Below, in pieces: positions 38,985 through 51,421 of a DNA stretch of 64,000 nucleotides (positions are counted from its first letter, which is position 1; each line of letters starts with the position of its first letter). The DNA is from Camelus ferus. Its lineage: Eukaryota. A program made the translations under genes and the position numbers. The stretch is taken from positions 82,462,001-82,526,000 of the forward strand of contig NC_045696.1 of assembly GCF_009834535.1 (NCBI RefSeq), written 5' to 3'. Below the pieces are notes generated by a model. The model saw nothing but the letters and a program-made list of their open reading frames with translations. It ran no database searches and was not told where the DNA came from.

Positions 38985-39165
38985 GAGTGGGATCCAGATT
39001 GGCTCTTTCACTGGCGGAGGCTTGGACAGATCATTAAACCTCCATCTATAGTCTCATCTGTAAAATGGGGGAAATAACAATACCACTGATGGGAACTGGA
39101 ATAGGGAAAGAAACTTGCATGGTGCCTGGCAGTTAGTAGCTATCAGCAAATTGTGGTTGTGGCTT
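38985..39165 (+). mobile_element. MIR SINE
   Basis: cttggacagatcattaaacctc...ctcatctgtaaaatgggggaaataacaatacc...gtgcctggca. Confidence 0.75.
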
Positions 39166-40007
39166 TGCTATTATTATTGTTATTTTAAAACTGTCTGATA
39201 TGCAGCATAGACTGGGCACATGAGAAGGTGCTCCCTGAAGCTCCCAGCAGGGGAAGGGTGCTGTGCAGGATCCCCTGAGGGAGGCTGGATGGTGTTCAGG
39301 CTCTGCCACTAGGCACATGCCTAGATACCTCTTCCCATAGTCTCTATGTCTTTGCCTCTTAAAACCCTTCCCCAGACTAACTGTGATATGCATGCTGCGG
39401 GCTACCAAACCTCCCTGACTCTTGCCTCCCCTTCCCATGTTGGAGAACTCAAACACCTTACTGAAATTTCTAATAACTAGATTCCAACTCTCTGCCTAAA
39501 GCCCCTCTAAGAAAGCAGTGTAAGAGTCCCCGACCCACGGGACCTATCTGGAGCCCCATTCTCCATGTCCACCTGCAAACTGGTAGGATTTTGGAACAAC
39601 ACTGTCTGTGGGGAGCCAGGATCCCTCAGGGCCTGAGTAATCCCAAATAGCCAGAGGATGGAAGCCACGGCTGGCCCACAACTCTGACGTCGGACCAGTG
39701 TTTTCACGGCTACAGGTTCCCTCAGGAAGTAGAGTGAGGAGCAAGCAGACTTAGGCCCTGTTGAGGCTGGCAGCTATGTGGGAGAGCAAACCCATGGTGG
39801 GAGGGTAGCTGGAGCTAGGGAAAGGTATTGGTAAGAAGAGGGCAGTGATGAAGGAGAGGGCCAGATGGAGCTAGAAAAGATCTGAGTGATGAAAATTGCT
39901 CAGTTCACGGCAGACTGGGCTGACTCCTTGTCCTTACTATTACACACTGCATCTTGGCCTTCTGATGCTGGTCTCCAGATAAACCTAAGTGGGCAGGCTT
40001 TACCAGT

Positions 40008-40105
40008 CAGATTCAGTTCAACATTTACCAAATGCCTACCCTCCTCCTGGCACTGTGCTAGGCACAGGTGCTCTGAAGTGAAGAGTGGTTCTCCCCTGCC
40101 TCATG
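40008..40105 (-). mobile_element. L2 LINE 3' end fragment
   Basis: attcagttcaacatttaccaaatgcctac...ggcactgtgctaggcac. Confidence 0.65.
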
Positions 40106-40372
40106 GTGTAGCCTCTGGGTCCCACTTAGCCAGCCCAGCTCCACTTCTTCCTCTATTGTGGGAACAACTGTGTGTACCCCCTGGGGTCGTAGTAAGGACT
40201 ACATGACATGAAGCCCTTAAAAAGAGAGGGACATAAAAGATTTCAATACATTTTTGTTCCACCCATTCTCCTGTACTAACCTTTTTCAAAGTTCTCTAAT
40301 ATTCATTTCTATGAGTTCAGCTGCCTAAACAGAGGGGTCTTTAGGTGAATTTTCTCCTGAGACTGAGGTGGG

Positions 40373-40375
<3 letters not shown>

Positions 40376-40422
<47 letters not shown>
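40376..40422. repeat. (TG)23 perfect microsatellite
   Basis: Seen directly; long and uninterrupted, so likely polymorphic. Confidence 0.97.
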
Positions 40423-40425
<3 letters not shown>

Positions 40426-40615
40426 TCCAGGTACCATTTCCAGGGTTGGTTTGGACACCTGAAGGGTTATGATTTTTAAATGAGGTGAAATTCAGATGTA
40501 GGGAAGTGACTTCTTTATATCAAACCTTATTATAGCAAACCTCTTATTTTTCACAGGAAAAGAAAAGTGGGGTTTTTGGCAATTAATCTGATAATTGAAA
40601 CAGAAAACTTGACTT

Positions 40616-41595
40616 ACTTGGGCAATACTCTTTTTATTTTATTTATGTATTTATGTATTTATTTATTATTTTTTAATAAGAGAATTTAAATTTATTAAGA
40701 AATGTAATGTTGACACTAAGTAAGGAATACAATTTTAAGACATGTGAAAAGCTCATGCTTTTGCCATTACTTTGTCTTCTTATGGAAGCATATATATGTA
40801 AATATGTATATAGAATAAAAAACAAATGAGTCCTTGTTTAGCAGGTGATGAAAGTCATGTTGCCAGGAAGCTCATGGCTAAGTCTTGGAGCTTAATTTAT
40901 AGTAGTTTTTACAAGCTAAGGTTTTCTTTTTTTTTCTTTTCTTTTTTTGTTTTTAGTTTGATATAGATTTATTTTTCTTTTCTTTGTTTTAAAATTTTTT
41001 TACTTGAGTTATGGTAATTTTACAATGTTGTGTCAAATTCCAGTGTAGAGCACAATTTTTCAGTTATACATGAACATACATATATTCATTGTCACATTTT
41101 TTTTTGCTGTGAGCTACCACAAGATCTTATATATATTTCCCTGTGCTATACAGTATAATCTTGTTTATCTGTTCTACACTTTGAAATCCCAGTCTGTCCC
41201 TTCCCACCCCCTGCCCCCTTGGCAACCACAAGTTTGTATTCTATGTCTATGACTCTGTTTCTGTTTTGTATATATGTTCTTTTTTTTTTTAGATTCCACA
41301 TATGAGAGACCTCATATGGTATTTTTCTTTCTCTTTCTGGCTTACTTCACTTAGAATGACATTCTCCAGGAACATCCATGTTGCTGCAAATGGCATTATG
41401 TTGTCGGTTTTTATGGCTGAATTGTATTCCATTGTATAAATATACCACATCTTCTTTATCCGGTCATCTGTTGATGGACATTTAGGCTGTTTCCCATGTT
41501 TTGGCTATTGTAAATAATGCTATGAACATTGGGGTGCAGGTGCCTTTTTGAAGTAGAGTTCCTTCTGGATATATGACTTTGGCAATACTCTTTTT
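40616..41595 (-). mobile_element. 5'-truncated young L1 (camelid-type 3' end) with 3'-transduced flank and target-site duplication
   Basis: L1 3' region ~41002-41575 (ttacaatgttgtgtcaaattccagtgtagagcac...ggcttacttcacttagaatgac...gttgatggacatttaggctgtttc...ctggatatatg). TSD ACTT(G/T)GGCAATACTCTTTTT at 40616-40635 and 41576-41595. T-rich tails at 40631-40674 and 40922-41001. Confidence 0.9.
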
Positions 41596-41732
41596 AATGT
41601 AAATGGCTCTTGCTAAAGTATTTTTTTTGGGCACCTGAATTATTGTTATCTCCATTTGGTTAACCTAAGACCTACTGTGGAAAACTGAATTATGGGATTT
41701 TAAATATATAATAGAGTTTCTCATTTATATAC

Positions 41733-41784
41733 CCTATTTATATGTGAGAAATATATAGCCTATTTATGTGTGAGAAATATATAT
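41733..41784. repeat. 26-bp tandem duplication next to a (TA)n tract
   Basis: cctatttatatgtgagaaatatatag (41733-41758) and cctatttatgtgtgagaaatatatat (41759-41784). Confidence 0.85.
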
Positions 41785-43799
41785 ATATATACACGTATAT
41801 ATATATTTAGTTTTATATCTCAATATAAAGATGCTTATTGAGATAGTTTTTTGTCCCAATAAGTATAAGTGCTTTATTTTTCTTTAACAGAATTTTGACT
41901 GTTTTTTCCTGTATTATAATTCTTTGCTATGTTAATTTTAGGTAAGCATAGACTAGGAAATTAAGCTCAAGACTTGTTTTCTCAATGTTTGACTCAAGTA
42001 TTGGTGAATCTTGGTTGTTTTATGTATACAACATTCTGTTTCATGCACACCAGTAGATTTCTTGTATGTTTAGGTTGCCTTAGCAATTGAAATCAGCTTT
42101 TTCTTTTTTTTTTTTTTTTAATTAAATACCTTGTGGCTAGCATCAGTGCACTTGACTCCACAGCTTTTCTTCAATTTTTCTAATGCTACCAGTTACTTCC
42201 TTTTTTTGGAAAAAGCTGCATTTCTTTTTCTGTGAAATCATCAAAGAGCTCATTCCTGATAAGACATTTTAATACATTCTGGTCACCAATTTTAAGTGAA
42301 CAACTTTGGTTTTACAGCTCTTGGCCAGTCTTGTTTTTCAGAGCCCCTCCAAAGATGGAAGGGAGGTTGAAAGAAAGAGGAAGAAGCATCTGAATGCCTG
42401 GAAGAGCATATGCACTTGACTTTTCTAGAATGATTGTGATAACTTCGAGTAATTCTAGTTAGTCTTATGATAGAAGGAAGTTTTGAGAACTGACAGCCTC
42501 CTTTTCTTTCATTCTATCCTAAAAACACCTGTGACTCTTAGCAGAGGAGTATGTGAATTACCATCTGCTGTCCACACATTGTCCTGTCTAGTACCCTCCA
42601 CAAGGGAACTAATCAACTGCCCTGAATGAAGAATGACTTGTAAGGTGAATTCTGAGCAGTCCTGAAATAATCAGGAAGTGGGGGACACCATCCTTCAGTA
42701 TGATTTGCTCCACTTTCCAAATGTGCCTCCAGAGGCAGACTAGATGGCCAAGAAGTCATACAGCACACATTTTGGACTTAATTTGCTTTGACCATTTTTA
42801 GGCTACTTGTTCTGGAAAGATTTTTTCAAGGGAGTGGTAGCTCAAAACATGGGCTATGTCAGTACCTTAGTCTTCTGTTACTCAGATTTTTAGTTTGAAT
42901 GGATCACCTGCTGCTTTGATGTTGAGACAAAGTGACCAGTTGCCCTTGCACATGGTGGTAGCGTTGTCCTGAGCAAGTGAATTAGGCCTGGTGAACCTGG
43001 TCACCCACCAGGACTACTTGCTCGACTGACAGAGCTGTCTGCCAGGGCAGGGCTGGTGTGCCGGGACGGCTCCTGTGCTGGTTACCTTCAGATTCTGATT
43101 TATCTGCCAGGTGCCCCCTCTGCTGGAACAAAAGAATAATCATTTGCCTCTAAGAAAGTCAGACTTAGAATCTGGGCCCTTTCTAAGCAGTGGTCTCTTC
43201 TTCCTTAACTGCAGGCCTGTGGGATAAGCACAGCTCCCAGGGTGACGAAGGAGGCCTTTCAGGACATGAAAGCGCCTGGTCCGTCCATGCACAGCTCCTT
43301 TCTGGAGAACTTTGGGGTTTCTGGAGGCACTGGGAGTCTCTAAGCCTCTCTGGGTTGGACAAGTCAGTGTCCTTGGGATTTAGATAGCTTAAAGTACCAG
43401 ACTGATGATGCTATACAGCTAAACAGCCACACCAAGCTGTAACACCAAAGCACTTCATACAGCCTTAGTGTTTTGGAGAATCACCTCCCCTAGCACAGTT
43501 AACTACAGTCTTTTCTGGTGGGTTGTCCCTTGCCCTGCTTCCCCAGATAAATATAAAGGCAGGAGAAACATTTCGAACGTGCCTGACTCCACAGAGCAAG
43601 CGGAGACAGCACCTGAGAGCCTGCAAAAGGTTTTCCTTAGCTGGGTCATCCTCTGAGTCCTTGTCGGTGCCAAGCACTGTTTATTTCCTTCAGTGCTAAG
43701 ATATTTTGGACCCTTGCAAGGCAGTTCTCATTCTTTTGAATGAAAAGGGTCAGTTTTAGGTGCTCATTGTTACTTTACAATATTCTATGGTAAATATTA

Positions 43800-44700
43800 A
43801 GTAAAAAAAGACAAAATAATGGATACCTATGTATCTGCAGCTACGCATCCAGCTGTCTCTAATAATACTTTGCTAATATTGTTTCAAGTTCTTCTCTTTC
43901 TTCTTCTTTTTATTTTTTAATGACCATTATGGATTAGAATGGGGTCTTCTGGAATCCCAGCCCCAATCCCATTCGTTTTTCTTTCCAGTGTTGTCATTGT
44001 CCTGAGTTTGGTGTTTAGCTATCCCACACACATTTTTATACTATTGCTACCCTGTATGAGGCTATAATATCCCATTGTTTTGCATGTTTTAAAAGTTTAC
44101 TTAAATGGAACCAACTGTTTATATTATCCTGAGCTCCTTTCCTCACCCAATATTATGCTTTTGTGATTTATCTATGGTGTTCCGGATAGATCAAATCCAT
44201 TCATTTTTATTGCTTTGTAATATCCTGTCATACGAAAATAGCACAATTTATCTCTTTCCTCATTGGTGGAGATGTGAGTTCTCTTTAATTTTTCACTATT
44301 ATGAACAGTGAACATTTTTGTAGTTTTTATATGCATGTGTGTAGTTTAAATATGTATCACATTTTCCAATTTTATTAGATGTTTTCAGGTTGCTCTCTAA
44401 AATGATTGTACCAATTTTTACTTTTACCAGTTGTGTATGAAAGTTCCAACATTCACACATCCTCACAACAAAATGTATAAAACTACACTTTTTATCTTTT
44501 TTATTTTTACGATGTAGAATTATATTTTGTTATTTTACTTTAATTTTCTCTGATTATTAGTGAAGACTGAACATTTCCCTCATTTTTTTGCTCTTTAGGT
44601 TTCTTTTTCTGAATTATCTGTACATATTTTTCTTTTCAAGAATTAGAGTTATTTGTGTTTTTCTTATTGGTCTGTGAGGATTTTTATAAATTATTTGATG
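43800..44700 (-). mobile_element. old L1 (L1ME-like) 3' region fragment
   Basis: ccattcatttttattgctttgtaatatcc...gttgctctctaaaatgattgtaccaattttacttttaccagttgtgtatgaaagttcc...tctctgattattagtgaagactgaacattt. Confidence 0.75.
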
Positions 44701-44719
44701 GTTTTTAGAAAACCTCCCT

Positions 44720-45150
44720 CTTATTATAAAAATTAATGTACCTACACCAGAGAAAATTAGAAAATATAGAAAAGAAAGAAGTCACCATTAATTCCACTAC
44801 TTCTAACCAAAATTATTGATTATTTTGTTCAATTTACTGCTACTCTGTTAATCACAGTGTGTATGTAGCCTATACTCTGTATTTCTCGGTTAATTATCAT
44901 AAACTTTTTTTTTTTAATGCGGTTGTGTGGTTTTTGTAGCCATCATTTTAACTAGCTGCATGATGTATCATTTAATGTATCTGTCATTTCCTTATTGTTG
45001 GACATTCAGGTTGCTTTTTATTTTTTCATTTTATAAATAACATTATGATGAGTACTTATGCCTAAAAAGTTTTTGATACTTTAAATTATTTTCTTAGAAT
45101 AGATTCACAGGAGTCAGGTTACTGGGTCAAAGAGGATATGCATTTTTTAA
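44720..45150 (-). mobile_element. old L1 (L1ME-like) 3' end fragment
   Basis: gaaaattagaaaatatagaaaag...ttattgttggacattcaggttgc...ttcttagaatagattcacaggagtcaggttactgggtcaaag. Confidence 0.75.
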
Positions 45151-45724
45151 AAGTAAAATGCATTACAAAAATATTATTTAATCAGTGCTGACAATCTAAA
45201 GAAAACAAGGTTCAAGAAGACTCAAGGGAGCCCGGCAGAAGTCTAAGTGTCTGACTCACCTTCCTTGGCAGAGAGAAAACTCAAAAGACTTTGGTTTCTC
45301 TAGCCACCCTTCTGACCCAATGCACCATTCAGCACAGATATTTTCCATCCTACTTTTGCAACAATTTGGTTTTGAAAAAAAAAAAAAAAGAATTTTCCAG
45401 GGCTAAAACTTAATTCTTATCAAGGTTAATACGATAAATGAATTTTTATTGATTCTTAAATGCTGATCAAGGAAAGCAGTCTGTTTATTTTAGGACACGG
45501 AATTGGATATACAAGTAAAGGTATTATCTAGAGGCAGAGATGCTCTGGCTGATGGTCTCTAGAACATGGGCATCTCCTCACGGCTTGGAAGGGCTTTTAT
45601 GTTTGTGTGATTTACTCTTTGGCATTGAGGCAGAATAGAAGGGTCAGGTTATCCTGTATGAAAAAAAGCATTTATTTGGAAATATGTAATACATGTAATC
45701 TTTAATTTACCATCACATTATATT

Positions 45725-45860
45725 CCAAAAGTTCCTTTACAAGTCAGTTAATTAGAACTCAGAAAGCATTTCCACTTAGAAGCAATATTGTAAGTGGTGG
45801 TATGGTTTCCAGACTGGTACATAAAAGCCCATTTAATCTGTCATATATCTGTAATGTAGC
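45725..45860. mobile_element. TcMar-Tigger-like DNA transposon fragment
   Basis: gtcagttaattagaactcagaaagcatttccacttagaagcaatattgtaagtggtggtatggtttccag...aaaagcccatttaatc resembles an old Tigger-related repeat (from recall). Confidence 0.45.
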
Positions 45861-46030
45861 CCTGGTTTCAAATCTAGCTTAGTTAGAACCTATTGTGTGA
45901 TATTGGGGCCCTCGTGTTATTAAATTCATAGTCTATGGATGAAGTAAGATTTTTTGTGAGGATTATCTGAGATAATTATATGAAAATGTTTTATGAACTA
46001 TAAAATGCCATATGAAAGTAGTAGCTATAT
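45860..46030 (+). mobile_element. MIR SINE (diverged)
   Basis: ctggtttcaaatctagct...tgtgtgatattggg...ttgtgaggattatctgagataat. Confidence 0.55.
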
Positions 46031-46514
46031 TGTGTTTGCCCACCAGACAAATAAGTATCAAAAGGCAGAGCAGCAGAATAACACTGGGACTTCCAAGTGG
46101 GGATTATGAACCCCAGGAGATAAGTAGGTGACTTCCTGGGGTGTAGTAGGCATACACTGAATGGCTATGCATATATTTCTTCTACTTTTTATTTTTGTGA
46201 GTACACATTCCAGTAGAATAGCTATATTGATATCTATATCTGTATATAAGTGATGGATATGCTCACAAATGATGGATAATTTGGAGTCCATTAGCCTATT
46301 CATATCTGTTCCCTCCAGCATGTAGGGCATATGGAAGGTGATGCCAGTTAAATAGCTAAACTGATAGTCTTCATTTATAACATTATTACTAGGCAAAATG
46401 TACCTTGTGTAACTACAGCTTAGACAATACAATGTCTTTTTCCTTTTAACTTAGCTCCTGTGGGTGGAATATTGGCATTCCTAGCTTTGGAAGCTCTAGG
46501 TAATATGCTTACTT

Positions 46515-46555
<41 letters not shown>

Positions 46556-46627
46556 CTGTGTGTGTATGTGTGTGTGTATGTGTGTGTTTGTTTATGAGAG
46601 ACAGAGACGGAGAGACAGAGAGAGAGA
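46515..46627. repeat. interrupted (TG)n followed by (GA)n-like microsatellite
   Basis: Seen directly; it produces the CVCVCV pseudo-ORF 46516-46782. Confidence 0.95.
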
Positions 46628-47188
46628 TGTTTTGGATTGAGGATTGTAGGGTATTAATACCTCTCTATGTTGGCATTCACTTTTTTTTTTTTTTTTTCTG
46701 GGAGTTTAAGGTTGGGAGGGACACTGGATGCTCTTTCCCCCTAGGTTTAAGCATTGACAAGTTGAATACTTCTTATGGCTGATTCCTGGAGTTCTAAGGA
46801 TGAGAGTAGGAGGGGAAAGGGAATCGTGGCAGTTGTTTCTTAGTAGTTATTAACTTTAGGCTACTGAATTAGGAAAAGCATTAAAAAATCTATTAGTCAA
46901 AGCTGTATGTTGAAAACTGCCAAAGGGCCTCATTGTTATTTCATGTAAGTCAACTTTCTGGGCTGGGACCCAGAATGGCTAAGTGGGTGTTGAGATACTT
47001 ACTGGATAGATTTAATGATACCAAATTAATGCAACAAAGGAGATTTCTGCCAATTATTTCCAGAAGAAAAAGCCAATGAAATACTTTAATTTTATCACAG
47101 GCATCCATTTTAGCAGTGGGCACTCAGAGTTTTATGTGAAAAGGTAAACCCTGCCTTGAGATCCAAAAGAGAACGGGCATCAGTGGTG

Positions 47189-47610
47189 AGGGTTCCGTGA
47201 TATGGAAAACACATCAGAAAAACAGGAGAACGGAGGTGAATTATAACGGGGTTGACAAAAATAAGCAAGATTAAATAAGTTTTTGAAAGCAGTGGCCCAT
47301 TCAGTTATTTCTTTCATTTTTTCATATGTCTTTTTCGATTCTGCAAAATAATAAGAAACAAAAGAAAAATCTGCTGAATGCCTAGTCATAGTTTATTGGA
47401 GCAGGAAAATAAGCCATTCCGAACCATTCTCTGATTTGCTGTGAGTGGCAGAATCATTCACCGTGGTGAATCATAGCAGGGAGAACCATTTGGAGTGATT
47501 ATTTTCTGATGTTAAATTGCACATGGCACATGTGGAATCAACAAAGGTATGAATTATTTTTTTAAAAATCTTTTAAAAAATCCTGTTATGGAAAATGTGT
47601 ATTTGCATGA
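47189..47610. mobile_element. ancient conserved repeat, MER121-like
   Basis: Begins agggttccgtgatatggaaaacac; core gtttattggagcaggaaaataagccattccgaaccattctctgatttgctgtgagtggcagaatcattcaccgtggtgaatcatagcagggagaaccatttgg has a central palindrome. Family assignment is from memory of the consensus. Confidence 0.5.
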
Positions 47611-48579
47611 CCAGTTTATGACTTCATTTCACAACAGCCAAGCCAAACCTTAAGTATGTCTCTTTGTTTTTACATTTGACTAATTGAAAGCTTTCCTGGT
47701 TAATATTTCTGTGTCAAAAATAGTATATTGTCCTAGAAGCCCCATGATGAGAATAATGGTGGGAAAAAATACACACAAGCATTTGGTTTGACCGGCTGGA
47801 TTAAAGAAAATGTGTTTCCTGCATTTTACTTTAGTGAGTAGGGAACCTGTTGGCTGTTAAAGTAAACTGAGGAATTAGCACTACCTGGGTGAAATGTTAA
47901 TGACATGCAAATGGTTTATCATTACTATAACAATAGGCACTATTTACTGCTAATCCTGCGAGAATCCCGGATGGTGAGGACAATATACCTGAAGTTTAAG
48001 ATGAAATATTATCTACTTCCAGTAATCTGGTGCCTTTTTTATGTTGAAAAGCTTCAGGTTGCCTGGCCCTTTAAGGCAAATCTCTGGTATTCAAATTGAT
48101 GAAGTAAAAAGGTATTTTATGCTCCAGTGTCTGCTTTGTGAGAGCACTTAATTTTAAGAGGGCAGCTTGGAATGCTTCTATTTAAACTACAGGGAGGGTG
48201 ACCACATTCCATGAAGTTCCACTTTGGCCCCTGTTTTCCCTTCATAAGGGGAGACATCTGATTCCTAGCTGGGATTGGGGTTCGATGGTTGACCTCAATT
48301 TTTAGTGGCCTTAAAAACTGTTTTTGACAAGGCTTGTTCTGAAGAAGGAAAACAAGGTTTCCAGAAGGGAAAAAGCACCTAGCTATCCCTGACACTGGGT
48401 ATCCTGGCTGCACACAGAGGGCACTCAGTGCCCGCTCTGTGAAGAACTGCCTGCACATTTAAGATCGCACTGAGGGAATCCAGGCCTGAGGGACACAATA
48501 GGGGAGGTAACTGCACGGATGTGGGTGCATTCTTAGTACCCCTCACACTATGGTCTGGAGGTGGACATGCTGTCACCCC

Positions 48580-49048
48580 TGTATTATTTATTGCTGTGTA
48601 GCAACATTTCCCCCACATTTAGCAGCGTAAACCAGCAAACATTTATTATCTCTACTAGTTTCTGTGGGACATAGCTGGGTAGTTCTGGCTCAGGGTCTCC
48701 CAGGAGGCTGTGGGCAGAAGTTGCCCTGCAGTCATCTGAAGGCTGGGGATTGTCTGTTTACAAGCGCTTCATGAGGTCTGTTGTCAGGGGCTGTCAGGTC
48801 CTTGCTACTCGGTCCTCTCCTTAGGGTTGTTCACACCATGGCACTTGGCTTCCCCAAGAGGGAGTGATGGAGGTGACACACGCTGCCCGTTGTGGCCTTG
48901 TCTCTGACTTACATACTGTCACTTCTTATTCTATTTCTTAGAAGCAAGTCATTGAGTGTAGTCCACCCTCAACAAGAGGGGACTATACCAGGGCATGAAC
49001 ACCAGGAGGGAGGGATGCCCCAGGGCTAACTTTGAGTCTGGCCCAACT
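48580..49048 (-). mobile_element. MaLR solo LTR, MLT1H-like
   Basis: tgtattatttattgctgtgtagcaaca...catttattatctc...tagctgggtagttctggctcagggtctc...gcagtcatctgaaggct...agaagcaagtcattgag. Confidence 0.85.
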
Positions 49049-50369
49049 GTCCCTTTGATGATGCTAATTTGGTTTAGTTATCCCACGACTTAAAATATTC
49101 TGAAGATCTTCTTGGACTGTTTTCATTATAGGAACTTTAATTCACCTTCAGTTCACCTCTGACAAAGTCACTCAAGGATCTGCCCCAGCCCGAATCCAGC
49201 AGACCAGTGGAGGGTCTTATTGGAAACATCATCATCACTGCCACCATCCACTGGCTGTGAGCCCCAAGTCAGCCTTGGGAGGAAATAAAATCATTCAGCT
49301 GAATTACATGAAATTAATGTGTTGGCTTCAGTCCAGTTCCCACTGGATATGTGTCCTTGTCATAGGAGAAAGTACTAGTAGCTTTAATTGACCATCTGAG
49401 GAAGGTGACAAGGAGAAAAGACATTCATGAACATGACATTCTCAATCTGGGACAGGGTCACCTCTCTGAAAGGGGTTTGAAGAATCTGTCATTTTACTAA
49501 CCCAAAAGAATTCCACCTATATCTTCATTTTTACGATTATGGAAGATTTACTTACTTGCTTTAAGTAAGTCTAGTTAAAAGAGTGAAAAAAGCAAAAAGC
49601 ATATATAGTTTAGGTCACTGATATTCATGACTTGTCTCTTATTTCATTTTCTTTAAAAAAAAAGCCCACTGTTTTCAGAGGTCAATCAAGTGCCACGGAA
49701 TTTGAAATGTCAATCAGCAAGGGTGAAGATGCTGGCGTGTAGTTGAGAGGAGATAAGTGATGAATTGCTTCTATACAATGTGATCCAACATACTGAAGGG
49801 TATTCATGGAGCCCCAGATCAGATATCCTAGGAGAGGGACCACATTAAAGGATTTGTGAGTTTGTACTTCAGCGAGAATCTTCGGAGCAGATTTAGCTGG
49901 GGAAAGCTGGAGGAAACCAGAGAGAAATAGTGCCCCAGAAACTTGGGAGACACTTTCTTAGGACTTAAAAGTGGGTCAGAAGCCAATATAAGTCATCGTC
50001 TATAGATTTTTTTCATCATCAGCAGCAGCTCTCCCTCTAATTTCACTCCCATCAGGTCCCCCAGGGTACGATATATGGCCACAGGCTAGGCAGTGACTTG
50101 GCTTCATACTCTTGTCAGTATTAGGGGCGCAGGCAGGAGACCAGGTTAGGAGGGGCAGTGAACATGTCCAGGACTTCCTCCTCTGACTCTAAGACTTGAT
50201 TTTTCCCTTGAACTTCTGAGTCTGCAGCGCAGTTATTTTACATTGTTACAGTCCCATGTGGATAAAAGCTGCTGTCTTTTCGAACAAAGTGCAGAAGAAC
50301 TGTGTGAAGCAGATACTTTTTGGGGGTCCTGCCAGTATTTTCACTTGCACCCCCATTTTCCACTGATAA

Positions 50370-50600
50370 TTCCCTTCTCTGCATTCCTAGAGCACCTTGT
50401 AATGCCAATATAACAGTGATCACATTTTTATTTGTACTTTCCTTCTCAGTTCCTCCCCCAAATCCAAGTCTGTGAAATCCTTGACAGAAAGGATTGGATT
50501 TGACTAGTTTATTTATCTCTAGTCCTTAGCAGAGTGCCTGGCACCTCTGAGGCATGAATAATGATGCTGAATGAATGAAGGAAGGAAGGAAAGAAGGGGA
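50370..50600 (+). mobile_element. L2 LINE 3' end
   Basis: ctgtgaaatccttgacagaaagg...tatctctagtccttagcagagtgcctggcac...gctgaatgaatgaaggaagg. Confidence 0.75.
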
Positions 50601-51421
50601 GGAATAGGCAGGCTGAGGCTTGGATTTCATCGCTCAAGCTCTGAGTTATGTTTCTGGGCTCCTAAAAGAAAACCTAGGCACTTTAGAATTGGTCAGATGC
50701 GTCTGTTACTGATATAAATGATAGGAAATCATCATATTTCTTCTGGTAAACTTATTTAGAAGTTGAAGTTCTGGCCACCTGCATTAGCAGCTCAGATGGA
50801 GTTTAGATTGGCATTGAGATTAGCTGGCTCTGTTATTCAGTGACTTTGCATACTTGTTCAAGGGCACTGGAGTCAACCAATGTTTATTTTTGGATTCCCC
50901 ATTGCTCTTGGGATCACCACAGTGAAAAATGGTACCCACCCCCCATCACCTCCTTCACCTTGTTTGTTATTCCTGGTCCAGGGAGCACTGCAGCCCAGAT
51001 TTGGCCCGGTGAGCTGCTCTTTGGTGCCCTGTTATTTTTAGAATATGAACCACAGTAGCAGTTGGCAATTAAGAGTTGGCCCATAAAGGCTGATTTTTTT
51101 GTGTGTGAGGTTGAACCTTGGGTTTAAGAATATTGGGAATCTTCAGTTTTTATGTCTTTGTATTATCTCATGATAAATGGTATGTTTAAGACCCGAGTCT
51201 GTGATGTGCCAATGTGCTACGGTGAAAACTTGCTTTAAGAGGTTTCTGTCTGGTTTAGGGCTCTATATATTTGGATGAGAGTAAAGAAATTAGGAAATGA
51301 GGAGTATCAAAAAATAGTTAAAGCCATAATTCTGTAGGAAATCATAAAAAAGAGACACTTCAGCTTGAATGACAGAAAGTTACTAGGGAACTCTGAAGAG
51401 ACTCGACTGGACTGTGGAGGT

